NCBI GenBank assembly: GCA_030141605.1
Contig: JAQGDQ010000026.1
Coordinates: 558,001-622,000, forward strand
Reading direction: 5' to 3'
DNA from: Tubiluchus corallicola
Lineage: Eukaryota; Animalia; Priapulida
DNA length: 64,000 nt
Positions within the stretch are counted from its first letter, which is position 1, and every line of letters starts with the position of its first letter. The position numbers were made by a program, and so were the translations under genes. This document shows positions 14,656 to 51,183 of this stretch, one piece after another. The notes under the pieces are model-generated. The model was not told the DNA's origin. It ran no database searches and saw only the letters and a list, made by a program, of their open reading frames with translations.

Positions 14656-16922
14656 CAACATGTAAAATAGACGAAATAAATTTTACTTACAGACAAAACT
14701 TATTCAACAAAAACACGTTGAACTCAAATGAATGTGCACAAAAGTTAAATGAGAGCCTAATAGATGTGTTGATAGAAATAAATAAGTTAAATTAAATTCG
14801 GTGCCGCCAGTTTGTAAAGCACGTTTTTGTTAATTTTCTTACGGGCAAAAAGCAAATAGTTGACCTTTCTTAACTCGCAGCTTGCCATTTTAACATTTTT
14901 AGATTAACATAATTACTCTGTCAGGCTACTTACATTAATTAAAACTTGAAAGCAGGTTAGTGCGTGCCTACACAAAGCTGGCAATACAGTGAGTGAGAAA
15001 AAATTGTAATTTGTGATAATTATACCCTTGAAGCACACTATCAAGAGGATACAACTAAAAAATCACTATTGCTAAAACACTGGCCTACGAAAAATACCGC
15101 ATCACAATTTCCAATTTCTTAAAGACAGTGATTACTCATTTTTCAGACTATTCAACACTCTGCAAGCTGGGATTCAGCACTTAATGCGGATTGAGGTAGG
15201 ACCAGAACCTATCTTGTCTGAATTGTTTTTAATGCCAATCCTTTAAGACAAGACCGTGGCCTTAAGAGTCAAGCATACACATATGATCTCGCACAGCTAT
15301 AAAAACCGCAAAACTCAGTCAGAACATTTGATTAGTGAAAAGTTTTTATATTATTGTTATTTGTAGGGAGCGTGGGGTGGGGTAGACTAAGTGCAATTTT
15401 TTAACAGGGCTACTGAAAATTCTAAATCTGAAAATTAAGGCTATAAACATATAAAAAAGACAAAATTTGAGCTGTTATTGTTATAAAACTCTTACAGGTT
15501 ATAAACTTAGTTTATTAACCTAGTTAACTTCTTTTAACCTAGTATAACCTAACTGAGAAGCAGCAATCAGTATGACAAGCATAGAAGCAGTCTGTGATAC
15601 AGCAAAAAACGAAAGATGTGCTTATTTTACTTTTCTCTGCAATAGCCGGGTTTTTGGAATTTTAACGAAGTTTCCAGCGAATAAGAACACAAAAATATCA
15701 CACAATGAACTTTAACAGTCTCTAAATAACAACTGTTATCGTAATAAATAGACTGCTCCTTTACCTGGACTGAATAAATTATCTGGACGACATATCAATG
15801 CAAGATTAACCGAATGCAAGCGCCAGCCTCAAGTACATGTGATCAGTTTAGGCGTAACTAAGACATTTTGTCACAATTTGAACACGTAGCACCATCTACA
15901 GTCAATTGACTGTAATAACAGACTCAACATTTTACGGCTAGAATAATACATTCGTGGTGGCAAAGCTTCAATGAAAATTAAAAAGAAAATTCTTAGAAAC
16001 TTGAAATGTTTGTACCAACTGGAAAACGGTCGCTGTTGCACTAACTTAACTGCACACTAGAAACATGTTATTAATCTTAAGTAATTTAGATTTTTGCTTT
16101 GTTAGTGAAGTGTGCACTGCAAATGCTCTGATTATTTTTTGAAGCAATATGTAATGTTATCTAAAGCTGCTTAATTTCATACCCTAAATCGTGCCGTTAA
16201 AATGGCTGCTCTAACTGCCAGCGTAGGAGTCTAAATTTACAAGTTTTATACAGTACAACTGCTACAAGCTCAATGTGCAGAAAACCAGCACGTAGGAGTA
16301 ACAAAATTTCAAGAGGATTTTTTAGCTTTAATATGTAAACAGTTTTCTTGTCCTTTAAGACAGTGACAGTGATTTTGTCTACAGGCTACAGCAGCTGTTT
16401 TTTCTGTGTTTGAATGTTTATTCACTTGCTACATGTGTGCATTTTTATTCCAGTGCTCTTTCTTTCTATTGTTTATTATATGAAAAAAATTCAAGCCAAA
16501 CAACCACTTTGTAATTCCACCTTATGTGTAAACAGCTTAGAAATTTGAAATTATAATTACGCAAAAAGTATATATAAAAATATACTAGTGGATACTATAC
16601 TAAACCCATACTAGTTTTTTTCAATAATTAGTAACTTATTATTCTATGACACAAGGAAACGATCACTTGTAATATTTTTCAGGTGCATTTATATACATGT
16701 AGTAAATGCCAATACAGGACAAATGTATGAAGCTATTTATAGCCAGCCATCAGCAGAAATGGTACAGCAAACGTTTTTCAAAAATTAAAGAATAATATGC
16801 TAGACTTGACAGGGCAAGTCGTATGCACCGCTTTGTACAAAAAGTCATGCAATACATGAACATACACAAAACGTGGTACATAAAAAACAAACATTGGAAT
16901 AAAGAATAGTTACAATTTGTCA

Positions 16923-19900
16923 TCAGGAGTCGCTTAACTGTTTGCTCCATAAGGCACCAACAGTTTTAGGTAGTTCACTGTCCATAGTCTTAATAACTAT
17001 ATCTTTCAGATCTTCATGTACTTCTTCAACCGTTCTGTCTCCATCAATAATCTAAAAGCAGAAAATACTTCATCAGTTGCAGAACAGGCAAGGTACAAAA
17101 AAAATTGTTTAAGTCTTGCCAAATGAGCTCAAAAGAAGTCTGTAGGGAGGAAATTTTTTTTAAAGCTTCGTGAATGTTTAACGCTGTATTGTGGAATATT
17201 TAAAATCAGTTGAAATCAAAGTTTGTTTATTCCCAACTGGTTAGCAGTAATGTTTTAAATTTTTTCAAAGCACATTTTTTCATGCATTATTTTTTAGTTT
17301 CGCACACTATTTATCGTATAATTATCGATCATTGTATAGTCTCTTTTTTGAATCATGTATCTTTTTTGTATGCTCTGATAACTATGGTATAAGCGGCAAT
17401 ACTACTCGGCCATTAATACACTGATCTGGTGGCAAATTTGATACTTTTTAGTCTCCAATACAATGAGCATCATACAAAATGGCAACCCTGACCGAGAGTT
17501 AGTCGTGGAAAAACATGGCCGTGTCCTGCATTTGCCGAAAGAACGATATTATAATAATTATTGCGTTTTACGTTTTATATAAAAAATATGCTTTTATATG
17601 ACTGTGTCAAGTATGTATATGAACGTACAAAAAAAATTATAAAATTCCTGGCCGGGTGTGCGAAAAAAACATTACCCAGGCGATTAGACAGAAACATGAA
17701 GCATTTTTATTGTTGGCCTTACCAAGTTGAATTCTTTTAATTTTGGTGACTTCATTCTAGCAAAAAGAACACCAAGTTCACAGAAAATGGTTTAATCTCT
17801 TATCACTCGCATATGACAATTAGGTGGTGCAGAAAAAATGTGTATGCAAGCATTTCCACAATAGGAGCAAACGGATTTCTCCACAACAGATATCTGTGAC
17901 GATTTCGGACATAGTTAAATAACTACACTACAGAAGGCAAAAAGGTCAACAAAAAGAGTTGAGAAATGATAAATTTCACTTCATTTGCCTTTATACCATA
18001 CAGATTACATGCAGCTAAGGAAAGTTTATATTTATTGTTCTGTATAAACACTCAACATGACTGAAAGTCAGCCATGAACAAAATTTCGAATTTATTTTCA
18101 AATTTGTTTTTGAAGCTGTAGTAATTTGTTACTAATTAAAAGCAGGGATGTGCCAGATCCAGTTCAGGATCGCAAGACAGAGATTTATGGTTGTAGGGCA
18201 AGCGATACACTGGTACCTTGCAGCACACAAAGATATGGCTACTGCAGCAAAAATGTCTGCTAAAAATAAGAGCCGTCTACTTAAAACTATTAATGCATAG
18301 TTTGGTTGTTTTTTAGGGTAAACTGACCAAACAGAGATTGTGCTATATGTAATAAAAAACTGAAGCGCGGATGAAGTGCTGAAAATACAGTATATCAAAT
18401 TTAGAGAAACACTTGCAGTGCATTTCCACTTAAAATTACACTTTTATGCTGAAAACGAACAGATGATGCCACCACATAAACAAAGGTTAAACAAATGAAA
18501 TATTGTTTACACTAGTTTGCAGATCTTGAACTGGATCCGGCACATACAGATTCGGATCTGATATGGAACCAGCAAAACTGGATCCGGTGCGTCGTTAATT
18601 AAAAGTAAAGAGCGAATGTTATCTAAATGCAATTTACAACGTTTAGGTGCTTGTGCATAGGCAGCATTAGCCATGCAATTTTTTTCTTAAAAGAAATAAT
18701 TAAATATTTATCACTAACTGTTAGGCCATAATTACCCAGTCTTATCCATCTTTTTTCTGTAACTGACTCTTAATTTTTTGGTGAGCTCTTTAGAATGTGA
18801 ATCTTTTGTCAGCAACTCATCTTATTTTTTGTAAGTATGTTAATGTAATTAATTTGATTCTACAAACACTCACTTTCCAACTATCATCAAATAGGTGGCT
18901 GTATGTGTCCCCAACAGCCCTTTGAAAATCTTCTTTCTCGTAGATTTCGTCACCGAATCTTCCACGTTTTGCCACCGATTCAGGAGGCATATCCAGGTAA
19001 ACAATGAGGTCTGGTTTTGGTAAGCCAACTTCAGGTGCTTTGCACCATGTCAAACACATTCCCTACACATATGAAAAACAGATTAATCATGGTACATATT
19101 TTTACACACTTCACCATACTGCAAACCAGAATCAGGTACAATAACAAGGTATAATACAAACATGAATAGTTATCTTGGGACTAAGTCTGGAATTTAACTC
19201 ACTATAAAGGCTAATGTTCTAAAATGAGATATTTTACTGGCAAAAATATAGAAAAAAAACAAGAAAATCCATTTATTAACTAGGTTCCATTTACCAAACT
19301 CAGAACCTGCCACATAATTTAAATAATTTTCAGGTTATATTAAATGCGGGTCTCTGATCTCTCTGTATCGACACAAGTTATTACTGTCATTGTGCACTTA
19401 AAAAAGCTGGCGGCTCTAACATTTCCTCATAGATCGTCACACAGTTTTGTCTCACACAAAATAGTGTAGCCTCATATTTAAAAAGTCGTAATTTCAAGAT
19501 GGCAAATACATGTCAGGTTTCAAGAAAAGGCATGTTCCTGGCCTACTGGGTATTATTACCAGACAGTATCAATGTCTACTAAATAAACCTATTATACACA
19601 ATATGAAAACCATGCTTCAGATAAATTAGATGCTGTACCGTACTGTAGACATACCTTCTTAGATGCTGAGAAAGCAACCCCAGAAAATGAATACCTGTCA
19701 ACAATTAATGTGGTGCCTGCATTCAATAGTTCCTTGATTCTGGATCTGTAAATGTAACAAATGATTACAAAAATACTATATACGAACCATTTAACATGTA
19801 CTAAACTTAACTTTTATTGAAGATAAAATAAAGACAGATATATAGCCTTTCTCTATTTGCATGAAAATAACTTTTTAACTTTATCTTTTGGTCGGTGATC

Positions 19901-22900
19901 CTTTTATCTCTTGGTAACGTACAAGACCAGCGCCAAATTCTTAGAGATTAACATGTATTCACTAAGCCTATATCACCCACTCAATCCCACATCAGATCCC
20001 TCAAAAAACCACAAAGGTATTATTAAAGCAACTACATTGAGTAAGGAACGCTATCAATTTAGAACAGGCAGATGAATTTTTCTAGCATATGGAGCATAAT
20101 TCAACCATCTAACACACTGAACTATATAACACATAACTCGATTTTGCCACTCATTTTATATCACAAGACACGGACACTAGGATTAAATGATAAAGAAAGC
20201 AAAAAAATTCAAGTCAAATCTCTCAATGTAAATATCTAACAAAAAATGCTTACGCCTTTTCCCATCTATTGGCCGTAAAAAGCAAATGAATAACATGGTC
20301 ATCTAAAGTTGCTCGTTTTTCAAGATAGCTACCAATCATCTTGCCAATTTCTGTGCTTCTGTCTAAAATCAACATCATATTCATAACATTAGCCTGTCTG
20401 TTAAAAATGGTCTTAGAAGTTGGGAATCATGGTGTGATAAAAAAATAACACCAATGATAAACCAACATCAAAATTTTATTATAATGTTGCAAAGTCCAGA
20501 TGATGAGTTGTAAAAAATGTTGGTGTTTGGTGATTCATCGGTGTTTTAATTTTTTAGCCTATGATAAGACCTCGTTTAATGACGCCCCGTTTAGCGACGT
20601 TTCGTTTTAGTGAAGCAGACTATTTGACACGCTTTCTCACTTAACTATGCATGCATCATTTTAAAGACAATTTTTTTACATTTCTCAAGCAATTTTTTAT
20701 TTTAGTAACAAATTTCTCACTTATTTGAAGCATCAGAACAGAACATATTGCATTATTCTGTCCCAAAAATGCACCAGTAATGTAAAACAATACAATTATT
20801 TGTGTGTTTGCTTCCCAACTGACTGCTAAATGCTATCTTTTACTACCAAGCAAGATCAATTTTAGTATCAAGCATGAGGCGCCTGGATGCAAACTTTATG
20901 CAAGGAAATTTTGCCTCCATAACAATTATAGTCCAACAATCAACACAAAACTGTCCCAAAGCACCCCGGGGCTTGACGTTTAACTGCTAACTGCATAGGG
21001 CTAGCTAGGTAGTGACATGAAAGTTTCCAGTGTTTTCTGCCACAGTCTTAAAAAGCAAATTTTAAACACTTTATGAAGGGCAGAAGTCTGCTGCAGTAAT
21101 GCTGCTTTCTTCTTCCCTGGGGATCTGAGTAGTTGCTGTCAATGAGGTTTTTGTGCACGACGTGAATAATGATGCCTGGAAACCACATAAGTAAACAGAA
21201 AGTTAGATGGTTTGAAAAGCAAGCAGAGTCTAGTTAACTAACTAAAAATATGAATTAAGCAATATTGATTTTTGCCTTAGGAACATATCTGAATCCATCT
21301 GTAGGGTGCGCAGTACACCACGAGCCGAAGCAGGACACTTCCGCTAAAGTGTATGTGCTAAATTTGTGTATGTGCTTGATTTCTGTCAAGAATCGAGCAT
21401 TATGACATAATAAAACATAAAACTAAATTTGTTTTAGAAAAAAGTAACTTTATAACTAGTTGACAATGTTTCTGTGACGTGGTCAGAAACTGAAGATTTT
21501 GCAACAATAGTTATAAAATTGGGCCTTAAAAATGAAGAGATGACAGTTTTTCTTGAAAGTGCTCATTTTCTTTTATTGTATTCACCTTGCTTGAATACAT
21601 GGGAACTGCATTTCACAATGAATCCTCAGCATTTAACTGTTCAGTCCATCACCCACGAGTCAAAGGTCAACCCATCTGGGCATAACTTATATCATTCAGT
21701 TTGACTCATTGAGACCTTTCACTTGATATACAACAAGCTACTTTTGGTAGATCCTGGAAGACATTTGTCTCCTGGACCCCTATTTTGCCCCTAATGGGGT
21801 CAAAAGTTAATGATTCACATTGTAACTTATGCCATTTGACTCGCCTCATCGAAACCTTTCATTTGATATCTACATGGTACTATTCGTAGACACTCGATGC
21901 ATTTCTCTTCCAGACCCCCATGTTTCGGTTTTTGCCCCCTACTGGGGTCACAGATCAACCAGTGTCTCATCTAGACCTTTCATTTGATGTGCTACAAGCT
22001 ATTTCCGTTCGACACTGGAAGGATTTGTCTCCTCGACCCCTATTTTGCCCCCTAGCGGGGTCGCGGGTTAACTATTCTCATTGTAACCTATACCATTTGA
22101 TCGGCCTCTTTGAGAAATTTCATTTGATGTGTTACAAGGTACCACTGCTCAACACTCGGTTACTTCAGTTCCGGACCCCAATTTTTCGGTTTTTGCCCTC
22201 CAGCGGGGTCGTGGATTAACTATTCTCAATCTAGCCTATGCCGTTTGATCTGCCTCATCGAGACCTTTCATTTGATATGCTACAAGGTACCATTGCTCAA
22301 CACTCGGTGCACTTCTGTTCCCGGCCCCCATTTTTCGGTTTTTGCCTAGCGGCAAATTGAACTAATGCGCACGTCCCATATTTCGTGACGTGCAAGGTCA
22401 CGATACCACCTAGCAACATACCAAATTTTATTTCCCTAGCTCGAAAAAGATGGGAGCAGATGGATCATAAAGAAACATAAATGAAGACACGCCCGCTCCA
22501 TGACCTTTGACCTGCAACTCCGGTCACATGTATACGTAGATAACTCTGTCCAGTGAGTGTACCTTGTGAGTTTTGTGTCCCTAGCTCTCAGCATGTAAAA
22601 GGCCACCAATTGGTGGAACCCCAAACATTGCATTTTCGCCACTCCCTCGGGCATTTAAAACTTGTCAGCTTTTTAAAACCACAGGTGCACACCTGCCCCA
22701 CAGTGCCCAAATACTTGCGAAAAAAATTGGAAAAAACAGAAAGCCCTAGGAGGAGATGCAACCTAAAGGAAAAAGTGACTGATGCCCACTACCATTCCCC
22801 CTTTAACCAGTGGTCAGTGGTCACCATACTGATGTATGTCCCCGCCCATTGCTACCAACCGTGCGAGTTTGGTGACCCTAGCTTGTAAGGCTTAGGAGCT

Positions 22901-24006
22901 ATTAAGCGTTAAATTTGCGGAAAATAAATAAGAATAAATAAAAATGAAGAAATAACTCAAAATAAACAGTAAGATTTTGCTGTTTCTGACGTGGTCAGAA
23001 ACTGAAGATTTTGCAAACAATAGCTATAAAATTGAGCCTTAAAAATGAAGAGATCGTAGCTTTTTGTTTGAAAGTTATCATTTTCACCTTGCTTGAATAC
23101 ATAGGAAGTGCATTTCTCAATGAAACTTCAACATTTAACTGTTGGAATTGCCTAAAAAGCAGGCTTATTTCACTTTTTATTTTATCGGAAATATAATAAA
23201 TTATTTAACATGTACTGACGTTGTCAATTATTAATATTATTATTAAATAAACAAGGACAACGGATGCTGCCAGTACGGAAAACACCTCAATTCGTGACCT
23301 GTCTCTAGTGTCCTACTTGGGCAGCCTATGTACGACGCGTTCTATTTGGGCTATCCCATGTTCGCCAATTATTCTACTTTGGCTAGTGTCCTACACCGCT
23401 CCCAATACTTCTATTATTAGTATTACTGATATGATTATTTCTCGTGCAATGCACTCCATTTAACAACACTAACATGCTAAAACCTGTATTTGAAATATTT
23501 ATTAATAAATAATAGAATGCTAAAAGTACAATTTTTAACCGGACTTAGTCATTTTTTGTTACTCCTAAAACTCGTTTTTTTGAACTTTAACTGACCGCCA
23601 TTTCAAAACAAACTAATTATTTTACATCTGGTTTTTTTAATTAACTATATGCTCATAGCACTATCAAATGAGCACAGTTGTGGCTATGGTGGCGCGCTCT
23701 ACAATTTTCGTTCAGCCACCCTACTATAAAGTATAACTATAAGTATTACTAGTACAGAAGGCATTGTTAACGACTTTTTGCTGACAGTTGCGGCATTTCG
23801 TTAAGCGAGGACTTACGTGTGTGTGTACTTCAACTTCAAGTACTTATTTTTACTCGCTAAACTTCATTACCTGGAAACCTCATTAACTCAATATTCTTGC
23901 CCTCCTTTTTCAGAACATCTACGAGTTTCAAAGATTGTGTTGTTTTGCCACATCTGTCACATCCTTCAAAAACAATCAGTGCACCTCGCTTCAATGCTTG
24001 TTTCAT
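16923..24006 (-). CDS. DTYMK: Thymidylate kinase (dTMP kinase), 5 coding exons, 217 aa
   Basis: Exons 24006-23871, 20362-20254, 19745-19655, 19062-18874 and 17051-16923 are all GT-AG, phase-consistent and total 654 nt. Motifs: P-loop [56 protein letters not shown]. Confidence 0.96.
18143..18597. mobile_element. hAT-like MITE in DTYMK intron 4
   Basis: Identical 8-bp flanks ATTAAAAG (18135-18142 and 18598-18605), degenerate TIRs (CAGGGATGTGCCAGATCCAG / CTGGATCCGGTGCGTCGTTA) and internal GGATCC-type subterminal repeats. Confidence 0.65.
21466..23145. repeat. Composite Helentron/HINE-like repeat in DTYMK intron 1: ~170-bp direct repeats flanking a ~180-bp-unit tandem array
   Basis: TGTTTCTG(TG)ACGTGGTCAGAAACTGAAGATTTTGCAA... 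occurs at ~21466 and ~22981 and contains the hairpin GTTTCTGAC-GTG-GTCAGAAAC. Internal units (GACCTTTCATTTGAT...CCCCTATTTTGCCCC) repeat across ~21650-22350. Confidence 0.55.
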
Positions 24007-25447
24007 TTTAGTCTGTCTACAAAAATAAAAATTCAGCAAATCATTTAATTAACGCCAATTAACAATGATTGATAAAGCGGGATTAGATTAACAAAAAATA
24101 GCAAAATGAACCTTTAAAAATTCCGCTAAATAGGCGCAAACACTTTTGTATAAGCGCCTCCTAGGCTAGACTAGAAGATATATTCTATTGTTAATGCCCT
24201 TTTCTACGACTTCAACTGTCACACTAGAGACAGCTGCCGCAGAAAAAATGATAACCTTAAAAAACAAAACCTTGTAAATAAGACTAAACCGTTAAATTGG
24301 CTAAACGAAATAAATCTAAAATACTAATATTTATTTTTATACTTATATTATACATAAATGCATTGTATTTTGTTTTTTTAAATGTGACAAAACTGATTTT
24401 ATGAATTGAGGGTAATGGAGAGGATGACAATGATGACAGTGATTTAACACGGGTGTGCTCTGTTTATAGTAACAACAAACAAGATCCCTCATCACAACTG
24501 TAAGACAGATTACAAAAGTTGACATAACTTAAACAGTTTTTGCTTATACCTTTTTGGAAAGTCCTATCTGCCTAAAGGCCCTAAACACAATAATAAAAAA
24601 TGACTGTTCTTGGAAAATTATTTCAAAATAATAGGTCGCCATCAATTAAAGACAAAGTTTATGACCAAAGCCATTATTATCTTCAGCACTACCATAACAA
24701 TGGTGCATAGAGAAGCCAACCAGACTATTCACTTTGTTAGCGTGCATGAAACGATGCTACTGGTCGTTTTTTCTGATAAAACCCTGTAAGCAAGATCAGC
24801 AGCACATCTTTTTTTACCTTTATCTCAGTTTAAGATGTATATAAGTTACCTAATCTTTTAGATTATTATCACTTTCTTTGCCCTTTTATGTAAATGATGA
24901 TATCTATAGAAAAGTTAAAAGGCATGTTTTTAGTCTTTAACCCTGTATGATAAACTGTGTCTGCATAATGTAATTGCAATAGTTCTTACTCAAAATAATG
25001 CTTTTCTTTTCCTTTAATTCTTTTTTCTGTTTTTAATAAGTTAGTACAACGTATATTAAAATATATAGCAGGAATATTATCAGAAACATAAAAAATGCAA
25101 AATACTACACACACAAGTTAAAGTTAACAACAATTTATTCCTTAAAATATTACACAAATAAATTAACTATTAAAATTTATTTATGAAAAGACAAAGTAAT
25201 TGTTCGGAGAAATAGTGCTCTTAACTAATGTAGCTCAGCAAATAGTATAGGAACTCTATAGGAATTCACACCATAATATGATCTCTAATACCAAGCCATT
25301 ATCAAAATATTGCACAAAAAAATAAACTGTGATAACAAACAATTACAAAACAATTTACTTTTACAGACATTTTATTATACTCACAATGCCTAAAAATAAG
25401 CTTTATATGAATCAAAAAGCTAAATTTAAATAAGCAGTAAGTAAAAC

Positions 25448-25457
25448 TTTATTTATT
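25448..25457 (-). terminator. Polyadenylation signals of SelL
   Basis: Overlapping AATAAA hexamers on the minus strand (plus-strand TTTATTTATT), ~40 nt downstream of the SECIS. Confidence 0.6.
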
Positions 25458-25496
25458 TTATTACAATATATTTATCATATTACTGAACTTTTGCAA

Positions 25497-25575
25497 AACA
25501 AAACTAGAAAAACATCAGAATTTAGCAGTTGCAAGTACACTTTCAGCAAAATTCGTCATAATTTCTAGTTTTGTT
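25497..25575 (-). promoter_or_regulatory. SECIS element in SelL 3'UTR
   Basis: On the minus strand: 14-bp perfect helix I (AACAAAACTAGAAA/TTTCTAGTTTTGTT), ATGAC quartet arm (25559-25555), helix II GAATTTTGCTG/CTGCTAAATTC, unpaired AAA (25543-25541) 11 nt above the core, and 3' TGAT (25517-25514). It lies ~110 nt after the stop codon. Confidence 0.92.
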
Positions 25576-25684
25576 GTGAAAAACACAGTAATACTGCACA
25601 CCGCACTATAAATAAAAAAGCTTAGAAAATATCCACAAAGTCCTTGTGAAGTAGTCTCATGTATTGATTGAAGAGTGATACTGC

Positions 25685-48213
<22,529 letters not shown>

Positions 48214-48778
48214 AATGTCCCATCAAATCTCACAAATACATGACACCGCTAAAATTTCATCAAGAAAGTATCCAGATATCAGTTTACAATTAGAAACCGA
48301 AAAAAGTGCATTGCCTATTACGTTACAAGACTTTTAACAGACATAAACTTCAATTATTCATTGAAATTTTTTTTTTGATTTGCATTTTATATCTACAAGA
48401 GTAAAAACTTAATGCACATTTTAAATGAAGTAAAGTGGAAAAGAACTGTGTTCTTAAATAATTACCATTTAAAATATTAATGGCAGGCAAATTCCAAATT
48501 AAACACATAGTGCCAATAGAAGATAGTATAGTTTCACCTGTGTGTTAACTGTGACCTTATATTGGGGACAAAGTGCACATTTAGATGAGTGCTTTTTTGA
48601 TAAATCATTTAGTCATCTCACAAGGTAACAGCAAGGTACAGTGTAACTGGTAAAAATGCCTAGTACTTATGTTAATGTAGGTTTTTACCTAAAATGTAGC
48701 AAATTCACCATTATGGCAGTAGCAGAGGCAGAGATAACTGCCTTTAATTGTTATTATACAAAATACCAACAAGAGGTA

Positions 48779-49202
48779 CCGTATTTTCCCATGTATAAGA
48801 GACCCTTGTGTATAAGAGACCCCTTCAATTTTTAGGCAAAAATTCTGGAAAAAAGTTTTTTGGTAATGAATAACTTTATTCATCATAGAAATCATTAAAT
48901 TCCTCATCACTCTCATCAAAAATATCAACTGGAGTCAGACCTTCAGCAATTCCAGCCAGTTCATCATCAGAGGAGTCACTCTGCTCAAAAATGGCATTGT
49001 CCTCTGTGCCGTCCATGGCATTGGAGATGCCACACTTCTTGAAAGATTTAATAATGACCCCTGGCTTTACACCATTCCATGCCTTGAGGACCCAGCTGCA
49101 GACTTCTCCAAGGGTTGGCTTACTCCCATGTATAACAGACCCCCTATTTTTAAAGTGAAAATTCTGAGCAAAAAAGGGTCTCTTATACATGGGAAAATAC
49201 GG
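48779..49202. mobile_element. Internally deleted pogo-type (Tc1/mariner) element, 424 bp
   Basis: Perfect 29-bp TIR CCGTATTTTCCCATGTATAAGAGACCCTT with TA target duplication. It retains a transposase C-terminus on the minus strand (WVLKAWNGVKPGVIIKSFKKCGISNAMDGTED plus acidic tail). Confidence 0.92.
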
Positions 49203-51183
49203 TAAGTAGCAACAATTTAATGTCAAAAGAGATTTTGTGCAAAATCACTGATCGGAACACAAAAAATTTGAATAAAAACATCACAAATATTATTCTTAAA
49301 GACTGTGTCTCTATAATTAGTATAATTGTGCAGCAGGCAGCAACATTACGTGTTTGAGAAATTTCAAAACCTAGTCTAAAGTTTGCAAACTGCATTAAAG
49401 GCTGCACGTTCAGTATCTACAGCGACACAAACAAAATTGTAGTATCCAGATAAGGTGGATTTTCTTATATCACAAACTTTCCGAATAATTAAACAGCTTT
49501 AGAAATATGGTAAAAAAGAATAGTTAACCACTAATGTCTGCTCTTAAACTAACACTCATGCATTTTATTTCAGCAAAAATCAATAAACAAATTTGATTTC
49601 ACTATCCGGCACACTTAGTACACAAATATTTAACCCTTAATATATAAAATATTATTCAAACAACAATTAAGATTAGTTAGCAAAACGCGTAATAAAAAAG
49701 TGCTATCATATAATTACTGTGGTCATGAGGCCTTCATGTGTTAAGGCAGTGCAGAATGTTGGTATAAGAGGTTTACATGACTTTCGTTGGAAATACACAA
49801 GTACACACTAGTGTTGCACACTTGTTAAAGTAACTACCAGTGAAATGTTGAATGAAAATTAGGTAAAGCAAATACCTAGCTAAATAAATTAGTAATGAAC
49901 TAAACAAAATAATATATAAACAGTAAACAATTTTCCGTAAATAATACACGCACAAGCACACATAGCCCTAATCAAGTTCCACACATTGGTAATGAATTAA
50001 GTGTAACAGCCAACAATGCACACACTAAAACATCAGTGAATAAAAAATTTAGCACAGGAAAATCTACAAAAAGCGCATGTATATTGTAAATCACTCATCT
50101 TGGATATTAACTAATAATTATTATTTCAAGGTCCTTTTACACGTTGTGTAATTTTTACAAATAATTCAGCAATAAAACTAACAACACGAATAATAACAAT
50201 AATAATTTCGAGTACCAAAAAATACAATAACTGCTTCTGTCATAACTGCAGCTCAGTTATGATCACAAGTAACGTAACTAAAAATAATTCAGCTACCTGA
50301 ATGAATACAATCCAATATTTCATTTCACATTACTCACAGAGAAATTATTGTCATATAAAATAAAAAAAATTAAAAAAATAATTTTTCTAAAAGACTTGCA
50401 AATATTAAAATAACACTTTGGACCTGATATTTGCACCTGTATTCTTTCCCCACTTAACTTGTAACTATAAAGAGGTATAGCAACAAAATAACATTACAAA
50501 CCCGAGTTTCTGATCAACAAGAGATCATAGATTACTTTTACCATGTCACAAAATTTCATACCATATCAAAACTCTTATTTATTTGAAAAAATTACGAATA
50601 ACTCTACACTCCTCTACTTTTTTAGCTAAATAACATTTGTCAGTGATACATTTGCACACAGAGTTATGAAAATTCACTCAATTGCAGTCTACGAAAACAT
50701 TCAAAATATCTGATCGAAATACCAGTATAGTAGTTAGTATGATGCCAACAACATCACTGTCTATAACATGATGTTAAGTAAATAAGACCAGTTTATTTCA
50801 GGTATAATCTAATTCTTACTTATAGAAGAGTGCAGAAAATAATTAGCAAACAACAGCAAATTTACTAACGGTCTCATGGTCAACTACACCATTTAATTTA
50901 ATTAAACCCAGTGCATGCTATTTACAGTTCGTTCATATTATAATTCCTGTTATAATTTAAAAATAAGGAACTTTTTGCTAATAAGAATTATAGCAAAAAT
51001 AAAATGCCAAAATATAAGGAGATCACCTGCTGCTGAATGATTCGGCTTACATGCAATATAGATTTAAACTAATACTCAAAATTACTTGAATATCTTGTTG
51101 AAAGAAGCAACAAACCTAAAAGTAAATTTCCAGCAAAAGATTATCTTCTGAGATTTGCGTTGCTTTAGCATTACCATTATTTT

